A stretch of 64,000 bases of DNA. Source: Raillietiella orientalis. Its lineage: Eukaryota. The DNA is taken from positions 1 to 64,000 of the forward strand of contig JAYWIR010000143.1 of NCBI GenBank assembly GCA_036172245.1, in the 5' to 3' direction. Below, piece after piece: positions 24,301 to 36,498 of this stretch; the stretch's first letter is position 1, and each line of letters opens with the position of its first letter. The notes under the pieces were generated by a model. It saw only the letters and a program-made list of their open reading frames with translations. It was not told the DNA's origin and searched no databases. Both the position numbers and the translations under genes were made by a program.

Positions 24301-25881
24301 ACTCGCGAACCGATCTTTTAAGATGGTCCCAGTCTGCGAGTTCCCGGAAGGCAAAGCCGCGAAGGAACTGACGAAGATGCTCCGCCGCTTCCAGATGACT
24401 CAGCGAATCCGCCGGCATCCTCCAAACATTGTTTGGAGGTCTCTTGCCCGGCAAGAGTAGCTCGAACTAAAGCCTATCATCGTCCGAAAACGTAGACGGC
24501 ACCCGGCCTCTAATTCCCACTCGCGAGAGACGGTGTTCATCGAGGTAGAGGTGATCTACGCACCTTTCCAGTCCAGGCTCGCCGGCTTCCAAGTTACGCG
24601 CGTGCACCGACGCGCATGCCTCTTCCACCCGCGACCGTTCCGCCAGGGACCTCGTCTCGTCGGAAAACAGGTGGACGTTGAAGTCCCCTGCGACGAGATG
24701 CGCCACTCTGGCTCCGGAGTTTCTGAGCCATTGGCTCTCCAGCACGAGGAAGAACTCGATTCTTTCGACACGCCGATGAAAGCCGCGCGGCGCGTAGACG
24801 TTCGTTACGACGAGGTCGATTGAATCTGACCACCTGAGTACAAGTTGGCCCATTCGCCCTTCCTGGTCGAATCGAACGCTGCGCACCGCTCTTGCCATCC
24901 TACTATTGACGAGAAAACCGACTCCGCACGATTGTGCAGAACCTTCTCGCCAGTAAAGGGTGCCACTCGCGCGCTGTTCGATTTCCGCAACCTCCGCATC
25001 GGAGATGTAATGCATCTCCTGAGGGATCGCCAAATCGAAATGTTGCAGGGGGCCTAACACGCCGCGCCTCTTTTTGTCCCTGCGCAGCCCATTGACGTTC
25101 CAACAGGCTATGCTGAATCGACGAGAAAAGGTGACTTCCTGCATTAAGGCTGGGAAGGTGAGCACAGATTTCTCGCCTTGTCCGGCGAGTGGTCACGAGA
25201 CAGAGTGGTCGATCTCGGAGACTGGGAATCTCCATTCGAAGCCGCACTGCTTGTTGCCGGTAGTTCACAGGTGAGGTCTTTTCCCTCCTCTTTGCTCCCC
25301 AGCAACAGTTCCTCCTCGGCAACTACGCGCTTGCGGGTCTTTGGGAGGCGATTTCGCGGTTTCGGGCGATTGTCGCGCTGTGTGCTCTTTCTGTCGGACT
25401 CTGGATCAGAATCCAACAGTCGAGGGCGTGCCAGGCGCTGCTGCTATTTCCCGGAATTAGGGAAATCGTTCGCTGCCTCTTTCCTAGTGCTTTCTGCAAC
25501 TGCGGCTGGGACTTTCGTCCTTTTATCCGCAGCAGCAGCTTTCCGCTCTATCCGCGAGAGGACGACTGCGCAGGAGGAAAGAATCGCAATCTTTTTCTGG
25601 GAAGGTTTTGAGGGTTTCTTCCGCCCTCTCACCTTCACACAGAGCTGCTAAGACCTTGATGGTTTCTTTCTAATCATTTTCCTCACCTGCATCCAGCCGT
25701 CTTCCTTCGCGTTGCAGTTATTTTTGCCATCCTGAGATGGCGCTGCTTCCACGGATGTAAGAGGCGTTGCCTTGGCAGCCTCTTGGAGTGCTGCCTCCAC
25801 GCAGGCTTAAGAAATTCCTTTAGCGATCGCAAGAGCCATGCCCACGGGCGGTATCGCCGCCGCTGAACGAAAGGGAGGCGT
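21327..25881 (-). mobile_element. LINE D, 3' portion (ORF1 end, ORF2, 3' UTR)
   Basis: TAATG at 25146-25142; terminal aataaacgtcccggcgcaaccgggtt (reverse complement at 21331-21356). Confidence 0.92.
21581..25144 (-). pseudogene. D ORF2 (APE-RT-Cys/His finger), nonsense-disrupted
   Basis: ORFs 24467..25165, 24155..24454 and 21854..24130 (NWRPI, DLQKSFD, RQGDSLSP, YADN, CLRCGAIESLTHLLLEC). Confidence 0.92.
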
Positions 25882-26099
25882 GATTATTGCTAGTTTAAAA
25901 ATATACCCAATACCACGCCAAGGAAGTGTTTTAAACCACTGCCAAGGCAATTTTTAAGTGTGCTGAGAGGGCAATTGTTTGAGTGAACGCCAGTGTGGAA
26001 AGAGTTCAACCGAGGACCATCATCAGCAGCAGCAGCATCGCCAACAATTCCACGGTGGAAGTCCTGCAGTCGTCCCGAGCAGCCGGAACAGCTGCCAGG

Positions 26100-27674
26100 A
26101 TGCAGGCTTCTGGAGTTGGAGGAGTGATGAGGCCAACGTCCCCCATGGAAGCCATGAAGGTAACGTGCGGCAACGGCGAGGTGGCGGCAGGCATGCCGAA
26201 CATCGCGTCCGCGGCGGGCTTTGCTGCGCCGGCGGCGGCGATGCCAAGGGTCGTGCCCGCGGCGACGACGGCGGAGGACGTGCCCGCGGCGGCGACGCCG
26301 AGGATCGTGCCCGCGGCGGGGAAGGTCGCGCCTGCAGCAGCGATGCCGAGGGTGACGCCCGGGGCGGCAACGGTGGCGACGTCGAGGGTTGCGCTCGCGG
26401 TGGCGGCGTCCCAGGCGGGACCCGCGGGCGTCCAGGCGGTGCAGGGAGCGACGCCATTTTGTTCGCATGGCGTCGCTCCCTTGCTTGTTTGCCATTTTGA
26501 CCGCATTCAGGCGATCATTCCATCAAACAACGGGTTCACAGTCTTTACAGACTGTGAAAACATTAGAGAGCGATTCATCCAGAAAGGGATCAATATACAA
26601 GGACGGATGGTTTGTGGTATTGGCGAGATGCCATACACAACCGTCTTTTCAAACGGGATCTCCATCCTCACACCGCAACTAGCGGTGTGGATTTACTGGG
26701 AGCAGTTTGGGGAAGTTCTGGACCTTGATTACCAGAACTTCCCTGGAAACATATTTTCTGGCGACATGATAGCCAGGATGAAGTTGAGAGAGGGAGCGGT
26801 GATCCCTGGATTGGCCGTCATTGACGAACAATCCCAGGGAGTGAATGTGCGTTACCGGCAACAACCGCTATTCTGCACCGGGTGCAAGCAGTTCGGCCAC
26901 AGGGCCGGCGCTTGCCCAACTTGCCGCTGCTTTCGCTGCGGTAAAGTAGGACATCAAGTCCGAAACTGCATGCAGCCGGAGGTGTGCTCTTTCTGCAAGA
27001 AACACGGACATGCGAAATGAATCTGTCCGGAGTTTGAAAACTGCAGAAGGATTCGAGGTCTCTCTCCCGTGAGAGAGAGAAACATCAAAGAGGCCGAACA
27101 TCCTCAGAAGGCAGCAAGGCCGAAGAAGGTGAAAGAAGCCGTCCCAGTGTCGGCGGACGGCTTCATATGAGTGGGAAACAAGGGAAAGAGGAGGATGCTC
27201 GTCAAGGAGCAAGGAACTCCTCAAATCCTGGAAGCAGCAGAGCAGGAAGGCGAGAAGATGGAGGTAGCGCAGGAAGGCGCGAAGGAAGAGAGACAGGAAG
27301 CCACTAAAGTGTCGCAGGAGGCTCTGCAGACTACGGAGGAGTTGGCAACACTGGCGGAGCAGATCATGGAGGTGCAGAGCGGTCCTCAGCAAGAGAAAAT
27401 CTTGCAGAAGATCTGCACTGCACAAGAGAACATCAACCAGGTGGTGGAGGTCGCTGAACGCGAGAAGTTAGAGGAACAGCTTCTCGACGTGAAGGCGAAC
27501 TTCTGCGTCAAGGTCGAGATAGAGGCGCTATCTCGAAAATTGATCGCGAGGGCGGAACACTCTACGCAGGAGGCGGAAATTACCGACCTCACAGGTACAA
27601 AGAGTGACGCCGGAAGCGAGAAGCCCGCTGCTTCTTCGACGTCTGGGAGAGCACGCTTTCCCAGACAGAGGTAG
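26100..27674 (+). pseudogene. E ORF1 with three CCHC knuckles and an acidic, probably coiled-coil C-terminus
   Basis: CTGCKQFGHRAGAC, CFRCGKVGHQVRNC, CSFCKKHGHAK*IC; internal stops. Confidence 0.85.
26232..26390 (+). repeat. ~27-bp coding minisatellite in E ORF1
   Basis: AAAMPRVVP / AATTAEDVP / AAATPRIVP / AAAMPRVTP units. Confidence 0.8.
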
Positions 27675-27708
27675 CTCAGAAAGGGCAAGAAACAGGTCTT
27701 CTCCTTTA

Positions 27709-30700
27709 ATGACATCTTCCCTATCGACAGCCAGGAGGCTGAACATCGCCTTCTGGAACGTAAACGGTGTGGTCGATTAGGGAAAAAGAAGAAGGAATGT
27801 GCACACCATCGGACATCAATACATCGTGTGCCTGCAGCAGACCCACAGGATGGGTATCGAGATCAGGCAGCGAATGGAACGGCGATTCAAGGTGCAGAAG
27901 TTCGTCAGCGAAGGAGAACGGAACACGAAGCGTGTGGCGGTCCTAATCAAGAACCACTTAGCCCCCACTATTCTAGAAGTGTTCTGTCCCTAACCCGGAC
28001 GAACCATCGGCGTGCGACTGGCCTGGTCCGCAACTGTTCACCTTGTCCTGGTGAACGTGTACGGGCCGCACAGGCTAAAACATCGTTGTGCGGAGGCGCT
28101 GCATGCAGCACTTTGGCAAAAGGTCGCCCCTAAGGACGTCGTAATTGTTGCTGGCGATTTCAACATCTTGGATGAGATCATTCATTCAGAAGACGCCAGA
28201 GGAAGGACGGCGTATCGACGGCTATCCCACGAGTTCGAACTGGTCTGGCGAACAGCAAGCCACAAGCCGATCGATCACGTCCTGCACAGCACCGAACTTG
28301 GGAACCGCATCCAGGGGTTTCGGGACACTATGGCTCCGGTGACCGATCACCCCCTGGTGCGGTTTTCCTTCAGAACGGAGAATCCTCGGCGGAGGCAAAA
28401 CACCAGGGCGGCGCTCATTAGCATGCCCGCCTGGTTTGAAACCCATCCCGGACATCAGGCTGTCCTGGAGGCGATTCTAAGGGCAACAACAATCCGAAGA
28501 GTCGCCGACTGGGACAGCCTGAAACACAGGATACAACTGTTTGCGAACATGCAGTTCGGGGATAGGTGCTTGAAGCAAGACGCGTACCGGGAGCTGAACA
28601 TCCAAGATCGCTCCCTTTCAAAGTACTTCGATGAGTACGAGAGTCGGTACGTTCTCAACAACATACAAGGGGAAGTCGGCGTGCTGGAGAAGAGAAATCT
28701 GGCAACAGATATCTTCTGCATCCAGTACGACGGTCAAGAGCGACAGTCGTCTGAGGACATCGTGGATGCCTTTCACAGGGATTACACGAAACACTTCAGG
28801 CGACAACATCTGTGTCGATCTAGTCAACAGGCCTTCTTCAGCAATCTCGAGAATAAAACCGACGACCTCCAGCGGAACAGACTGGAGGAGGGGTTCTCCG
28901 AAGAAGAGGTGAAGACTGCGTTTGGGCAACTTCGCAAGGACTTGGCAGCGGGCCCTGACAGTGTACCCATCACGCACTATCAGCGGTACCTGCACGCCTA
29001 CCTGCGCTTGTTCCACAAGTTGACCCTCTGCATCCGTGAAGAAGGCAGACTAACTGAGTCCTTCTACGAGAGTAGGATGAGATTGTTGCCGAAAGGAGGC
29101 GACCCAACCCAAACCGCTCAATGGAGGCCAATCTCGATTCTAAACTCCGATGCCAAGTGGTTGGCGAAGATCAGGTCCAACTGCTTAGGCAGGTTCATGT
29201 CGAAGCTCATCTCTTTGGTCCAAACGTGTGCAGTCCCTGGACGTCACATGTCGGACAATGTCAAGTGTGCCCAGGCCACCGTCAGAGTCAGCCGATACGT
29301 CGGCGAGAATCTGGTGCTGGTGTTCACTGACATGGAGAAGGCTATCGACTCCATCGACCACGGGATACTGCTGAAGGTTCTGGAGAAGCTAGGGCTTCCG
29401 GAACACTTCAGCAACTTCGTGAGGGCGGTACTCCAGAACCAGTACTGCCGGATCAAGATCAACGGCCAGGAGACGGCAGCAATCAGGATGGAACGAGGAG
29501 TCCGACAGGGCGACTCGCTAAGTCCGATGCTGTTCGTCATCTATATGGAGGCGTTGTCGTCCTTTATCGAGAAGAGCGGACGATAAAGCGGGATTATCAT
29601 CGATGGCCAGCGTCTTACCCATCTGGCATACGCCGATGATCTACTCTTCTTCATCAATGGAGAGAAAAATCAGCGTGCGTTTCTGGATGTGGTGGACCTG
29701 AGGGAACAGGGCTTGGGCTTAAAAATCAATTCCTAGAAGAGCGAGCTTTTGCCCGTCGGAATCCTGAATCTCTCCACTCCAACGGGTAGTGGATTCCGTA
29801 CGGTGGACACGGCCAAGTACCTGGGAGTCTACATCGGCGTCGGCACTGCGTCGAAGCTGCTGTGGAAGGAAATCCTGGGGAAAACGGCCAAGGAAGCAGC
29901 CAAGTACACCCGAACGGACCTTGGGATGAAGCGAAAGGCCAACATATGGAACGGAGTACTCCTTCCGAAAGTGCTCTTCGGGGAGGCCTTTGCGAGGATG
30001 AACAAGGACACTACTAGGGTGTTCGACAAGCTGCAAAGAAAAACACTCTGGGGCCACTATCGTCCAAGAGTAAGACTGAAACACCTGTGTCGTCCCAGGG
30101 AAGAAGGCGGTTCCGGGATGAAGTCGCTTGCTCATTCCATGGAAATCATGGATACCGGACACATCCTGGACATTGCCACTTACTGGGATAACTGGCCGTA
30201 TGCGGCGCACAGGGCCTACGCGTTGTTGCTTAACAACTCGAAAGGCCTGATGACTGCGCTGCTAGGCCGAGCAGGCAAGTGGAACAAAATCGACCCCACC
30301 TGGACGAGGAAGCAACGGCTGGTGCGGAAGCACCAAATCAAGATCGTGCCGCGAAGCTGGGAACTCTGGCAGAACGAGTCCATCCTGGTGATCCCTTGGT
30401 TGCTTCCTGTCCCGCCGGACACGAGAAGCTGGATCTACCAGCGGTCCAGAGTTACCCTACTGCAATTCCAAGAGTGGAGGCGAGGAGGCTACCTACATCA
30501 ATCTCGTATACTTCGGTATACAGAGATGATGTTAGGAAGGTTTGCCCACAGGACCCGCGAAGTGTGGTTCAACCACAACGACTTCGCATGGTCGAGGGTA
30601 ACCAGAACAAACCTCCGAAGGCTCATCCAAGAAAACGACCGTGACACCAGTGCCCTCCAGGAAGCCACCGTACGCTATGGGAGTGAACGGTTCAACCTGT

Positions 30701-31177
30701 TAGCGATCGGCACGACGCTGTGGAGGAGCGACCTTCCGCCGGGCACCCAGAATGACCTCCTGATGTATTATCACGGAGGAATCCAGAGTGGGTCTTGATT
30801 GCAGCACTTCACAGGAAGACGGGAAGACCGAGACTGCGCAGCATGTGGAGACGACGACACGAGACTTCACGTCTTGACGTGTCCCACACTGCTGCATGAC
30901 TGGCTGATTGAAAAGGATCATAGAACTTACCAACAAGTCCGTTATGGAGATCCTCGCCGGCATGTTTCATGGGGATGGTAATGTTCCCTGTTACAATCCC
31001 ATGGTGAGGACGACCATAGCCCTCTTCATCGCCGCCATACTTGTGCGGTGGTGGAAAATGAGGAAAGCCAGGAGAGCCGCACCACCGATGGAGATCCTAC
31101 AAGGGCTCTTGAAGAGGGAAATCGGCATCAGGAACTGCGGGAAGATCTACGCCTGGACGTACCGATTCATCCTGTAG
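27709..31177 (+). pseudogene. E ORF2 (APE-RT-Cys/His finger), disrupted
   Basis: MTSSLSTARRLNIAFWNVNG, AGDFN, QWRPI, DMEKAID, RQGDSLSP, YADD at 29629-29640, CAAC..H..TC. Confidence 0.9.
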
Positions 31178-31334
31178 AGGATCGAGGACGACGCCCGGGA
31201 CCATCCAGCTGGAATTCCTTCCTGAAAAGCAGAACTCTAGTGCAACCCAAGGAACCCCAAGTGCAAAATGTTTGTATTCAGTGAATGAGAGCGCGAATGT
31301 AAATATTGTATTTTTATAGAAAAATAAACTTACC

Positions 31335-32848
31335 TCACCCCTTGTGGGACTTGGGGAATCTTAGCGATCGCGACAGGCGCTGCCTCTTCCAGATCGGAGG
31401 GTTCATGCGTTGCCTTTGCGACCGTTGGTGGCTCTGCTGTAGCGGTTGTGCTCGCCCTAGCAGTTCCTTCCTTGGCCGCAGTAGGCGCTGCGTCCGCGCG
31501 CGAGGACTGCGGGTTTGCCGGCTGTTTCTTCGCGGCACTCGGTGCCTGGGGCACCTTGGCCGCGGTAGCTTCAGACGGCGCGGTGTTCTTTGCCCGCGGC
31601 CGCGTTTTCCCGTATCGGGCGAACGACCGCTTTCCGCGCCGCTCGTCGAGGCCTTGGTACGAGGCTCCGCGGTCGTTATAACGACAGTACGAGGCTCTTT
31701 GACCTTCGGCACAATGTCTCCTGCATTCAACAATTGGCTGCGAGGTCTCGTAGAAAGGTCACATTCTTCGCGAGGTTCCTTCAGGTCGATAGCCGGAGGC
31801 TTTGCCGCGACGAATTTTTTTGTGTTTTTCACCCCTTCTCTGTGGTGGCGAGAAACAGTTTTCTGCACGTGCGTGGTCGCGGTTTTTGCAACGCTTTTCG
31901 GAGCTTTGATGTTTCTTCCTCTCGATTTGCGGCGATTATTCCGCAATTCGGAACGCGATTCGTTCCTGTGCTTTTCGTTTTTTAAAAGGAGCTCCGGGCA
32001 CGTTCCTTCATTGTGCCCGTGCTCGTGGCAGTAACGGCAAGCAGCCGAGGGACACTTCGTAATGCGGTGACCCTTCTGCCCCCATTCCACGCATACGCGC
32101 GTTTGCCCGGCAAACCACAGGCGGACGGTCATTCCATCCACCTGCAGTCGCGTGGGCATTGCACGGCGATCCGTCATCGTCACTCGCACTTGCGCGAGCC
32201 CGCTGTGGTGATCTTCGAACCCTTCAGCAGGGTTTGGCAGCCTCCAAAGCGCGTTTACGGTAGCAAATTTTCCAAGGCCATCCACGACCCGGCGGTCCGA
32301 AAGTCCCTTACACACTCCACTGAGCCGGACAACGAATGACTGTTTCGTTGTGACAGGGAGTATTTCCTGCCCACGCATGAGCACGGCGTGTGCCGCAAAC
32401 GCTGCGTAAAGAGAGCGTCCTTACTAGACACTTCCCAGTAGCCGCACCCACTTATGGGCATGATGGACTCCAGTTGGTATTTTTGAACTCCAATCCGTCG
32501 GAGTTCCTGGCCAAACTCGCGCCCAACCCGCTCAGGCATAAGGACACTTACCTTATATCTGAGTGCAGGCGTGAAGCCATTTGCTACCTTCGCCTGCAGC
32601 TCAGAATTGTCGGGCGAAGGTTCCATCGTAGCCACGAGAACAGCGACCTGGGCGAACGTCCTCGCCGTCGGCGAGGACAGAGGCTCCTTGCTAGCAGCCG
32701 AAGCAGCCATCTCAGGAGCAGGATGCGTTCCCTTCTTGCGGCTGATGTTCTTCCTTGCTCCCATTGCAGCACAGAAGCACAGCAGAACAAAAACACACAA
32801 GAGCCAATCTACCGCGGAGCGACGCAAGAGCACGTCCGTACGCGACCG
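31335..32848 (-). mobile_element. LINE D, 5' portion (5' UTR + ORF1)
   Basis: ORFs 32255..32833 and 31335..32384 are homologous to C ORF1; ATG at 32764; bounded by the TSD at 32849. Confidence 0.9.
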
Positions 32849-35293
32849 TCGCTGATGCGTGAGACGGGAGATGTTCCCGCTTCTTTCCGCTCAGCACAGG
32901 TGCGGCTCCTACCGAAAGGCGGTGATTTTCGCCACCTCAGCAGCTGGCGTCCGATCACCTTGGTCAATTCGGACGTCAAGTTGTTCTCCAAGCTATGGGT
33001 CGCGCGCCTGGGGAGAATCGCGGAGACCTTGGTAAGTCCGGAGCAGACGTATGCTGTTCCGGGGCGGTCCATGGACGCGAATCTCTTCTTCGCGCGAACA
33101 TGGTTCGAGTTGGAGCAGCGCGTGGCGCAGCAGAGCCAGGCAGCCGAAATTACCGCTTCCAAAGGTAAGCGGCGGTGTTCAAGGCACGATGGAACGCCTG
33201 GAGCCTTAGCGGTCGCCGTTGATCTCTGCAAAGCGTTCGACAGCGTAAACCAGGACCTCCTTCTTGAGCTTCTGAGACGCCTAGGCCTCCCGACGCACCT
33301 CATCGCCTACTTGCGCTCCTGCTGGCGCCAGGCGTTATGCTGTATCTCTTTCAGGGGCCGCCACGTGTACGGTATTCCCATACGGCGGGGTATCAGGCAG
33401 GGAGACAGCTTAAGCCCCTTGCTCTTCAGCATCTTCTTTGAGTTGGTGCTGAGGGCGTACAGGCTGACGCTTGCCAACCTGTAGTGCTCCTGCTTGGGAA
33501 CTCCGGCCGTGGCCGCCTATCGTGACTACCTTTTCCTGCTGCTGCCCATGTGCACCCCGGCGTGCAGACGCGAAAACTTCTTCGAGCTTATTCGTCGGGG
33601 AGCGGGCCTGAGCGTCAAGAGGACAAGATCTATCTTTGTACTGGTTGTCTCTACGAGAGGGGGCAGTCCTACAGGAAGCGCCTAATGATCCCAACATGCA
33701 GCTGCTCCAATTACCTTGGCGTTTAATTGGGCGCTTTCTGTCAAGCAGAAGCGTGGACGGTATGTATTCACATGGCCGAGACTGCTCTGGGCCCGTTTTC
33801 AGGCGGCAGTCTCGTCCTGTCGGACAGGGCCCAGAGCAGTCTGTGAAACATCTTCGCCTGAAACATTTTTGTTGCTTCTATCCTTTGTCACCTATTTTTT
33901 TGTTTATGTTCTCCCTACTCAGTTAGCGTCGGGCAAAACTCCTCTTGCGATACGCATTTTGGAGACCGGCGAAGTCCAGTATCCGCCTGAAGGACTAAAC
34001 GGCTCCTCGAGGGGTGCAGGATTCGGCATCCTGACCCTGCAGCAGATCGGACTTCTAGTGCAGTTTTGCATGCTGGCACTGTGCGCCCAGCTATGGACCT
34101 GGTCTGCTCCAGCGCGGCTGTTGCTGCGGCGCTGCACGGATGGTCACGGACTTTTTTCGCTGTACCTGCGCACGGAGCGCGTTCGCGAGGATTCGGCTTC
34201 CCTGTGAAGCAGCTCGCCTCACTTCTGGGAAAGCATACTTGTATCTCCTGCCTGCCGACGAGAATCAATGCCTGGAGGCAGGAAGCCTTATCGTCCTGGG
34301 CAGTGCAAAAGGATTTGTCCCGTTTTTAACTCCGTCGTGTGAAGCTTTCCCCATACTGCCCAGTGGGGGAGGTGCTCAAGGACCAGGACCAGTGGATATG
34401 CCTAGCCGCTAAGCATCTTGGAGTAGCACAGTCTGCACTGATGGTGCGACACGACAGTGCCCTACCGGCGAGGTGGGAGGTCTCTTGCCGAATCGTAGAC
34501 GAAACACGACTGCTGGGCGCCTGGAGGAATCGCAAGCTGCCAGACGCTGCCACGCCTCTCATTCGTGCCAAGGGACTTCTCCTGTGGAGTGAGCTCCTAG
34601 GGGTGCCTACCGATGAACTTGTGGTCCCTTCTGCATGTTTGGACGCGACTCTCTTCCCCCTTCGCTGTAAACAGGACACTTTTCTGCTGGTGCATTAGTG
34701 TTTGTACTGCAACTAGCGGGGGCACCTGATTTCCAGTGGAGTTGCGTCCCCGAACTGTGCCAAATGCGGAGCGGTGGAATCGCTTCCGCATTTGCTGTTT
34801 GGATGCGGTGCCCACCAGGAGCTGTGGCGGCGGCTGTGTTCAGGTCTCCTGCACCTCGGACGCACAGCAATGGATTGGATGCGCCGCTTCTTCACGCGTG
34901 GTGGTCTTTCTCTTTGAGCGGTGGTTTCATTTATCTGATGCGTCCGCGCCATTGTCAAGGCCTGCCACGTATCCGAGTGGTCCCAACATCTGTCCCGACA
35001 CTGCATCCTGCAACCTGCAAATGTCTTGCGGGTGGCCCCACCTTAGAGCAGAAGTAAGGACGGTGATTGGCGGCATTCACAGTCGGATCTGAGAATAGAA
35101 ACTCCTGGACAGCGGTAACCTATCTCCTCCCTATCACCTTATTTATTTATTTATTGTCCCCCTTCTCCCGTTCCGAACTCTCAGTGTGCCTGGCCTGCAT
35201 GTTGGGAACCCTACTGCGCATCTTGTGTTCCCCTTGCCAGGGAAGGCAGTTCCCAGATGACATTACTGAACGTCCCGGCGCAACCGGGTAATA
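32849..35293 (+). mobile_element. LINE C3 segment 3 (RT to 3' end), more decayed than C1/C2
   Basis: Homology to 7409-9855; terminal cgtcccggcgcaaccgggtaata. Confidence 0.9.
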
Positions 35294-36498
35294 TGCAACG
35301 ACGCTGCATTTCTTTATGATCTCACTACCTTTTGTTTTTTTTGTTTTGGTAGGCTAACTTTTTTTCAGGTCGGCGTTCTTTTTCGATCTATTTTCTGTTG
35401 TAGCTTCTTGCCAGCCAGGCTTCTGGCCGTTTCCTTCTACATTTTCGGCGTTCTTTGCCGGTGTCTTGATTGCAGCCTGGACCATGGACGCGGGTGGCAC
35501 AGCTGTCGCGGCTGCTTTCGCCGCCAGGCTTTTTCTGTAGCAACCAAGCTCGTTTTATAGAGTTTCTTTCGGAAACCAGGCACACAGAAGCTTGTGAGCA
35601 CACTTCCCTCGTGTGGCCCATTGTACCGCATACGAAGCACTGCACGTTGGGGTACCTCGTTTCGAAGTGGCCTGACGTGTTGCAGAAACCACATTATTTG
35701 AACTTCCCCACATACCAACGGTCGACGGTTTCGCCGCCGAGCACCAGTTTGTGGTGTAGAAAGGTGCCCTCGCGGACGGTTACGCGTCAGCCGTGAGGCC
35801 GCATTGCAGTCTAGTGTAGTTCTCAAAGGTACTAGGCTTGGTCCAAACTGCATGGACCGTTCCGTGTTCATCTAAAGCGGCGCGTACTTGTTCTTTCCGC
35901 ATCCGCGCTATAACCTTCAACCGGTTTTCCACCATACTGGGGTCCGCCGTAATGGGAAGGAGCCTGCGTGTCCCCATCGCCACGGTGTTTTTGAGCTGAC
36001 GCTGGGCCAGATCTGCCTGTTTGCAGTTCAGCTCAACGTACTACCCCCGCTACGCATGGTCACAGCGCAGAGCTACTCCTTCTGTATATTGAGAGCACGC
36101 ATCCCTTTAGAGAATTGGCGAGCACTCTCAGAACAATATAGATTGCCTACCTTGTAGAACAGTGAGAAGTTATATCCTTCCTCCACATAGGCAGACAATT
36201 CCGCCGCGATTGCAAGCAATGGCGCCGCCATGACGGCGCTCCACGCCCGCGCTGCTGCGGGGATCGATTCTGTGGGGGCGGATGTCCCCACCTCCATCGC
36301 CTCTTAGGGCGACGTTGCCTCCGCCCCCTGGTACTCCTTCGCCTCTTGGGGCGACGTTCCCGCGGCCTCCTGGCACTCACTGGTGATTGTCTCAGGCATC
36401 GCTACCTGATCGACCACTGGACCATTGAACGCGAGCACTGAGGGAGGGGTGGTTCTGGCACGAGGAGCACAAACAAAAAACGTTCGCCCTAGGGCGCA
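35294..36498 (-). mobile_element. LINE H: 5' UTR + ORF1 N-terminal part (same element as B)
   Basis: ATG at 36399; ARAWSAVMAAP..AYVEEGY..LFYKVG; CFVCGTMGHTREVC knuckle. Confidence 0.82.
36292..36378 (-). repeat. 42-bp tandem duplication in H ORF1
   Basis: ctcc(a/t)tcgcctctt(a/g)gggcgacgtt..cctgg(t/c)actc twice. Confidence 0.8.

Larger units (their letters stand above)
25882..31334 (+). mobile_element. Full-length, distantly related L1/Tx1-type LINE E inserted in D ORF1
   Basis: Own ORF1 and ORF2; the flanks rejoin as D ORF1 ..PQGV|TPPF..; AT-rich ends. Confidence 0.88.

Noticed and set aside
4143..31177. Stop-codon reassignment to explain the in-frame stops
   Set aside because: All three stops occur, at copy-specific positions, alongside frameshifts; sister copies have sense codons
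31326..31335. acttacct resembling the U1 snRNA 5' end (some Tx1 elements target snRNA genes)
   Set aside because: Only 8 nt; the following sequence is D ORF1
32390..33484. 364-aa ORF looking like a novel RT fusion
   Set aside because: Chance read-through from antisense D into C3 across the TSD
55..35293. Bacterial RT system (group II intron, retron, DGR) or CRISPR array
   Set aside because: APE-RT layout with CCHC ORF1 and TSDs is diagnostic of eukaryotic LINEs; no repeat-spacer array seen
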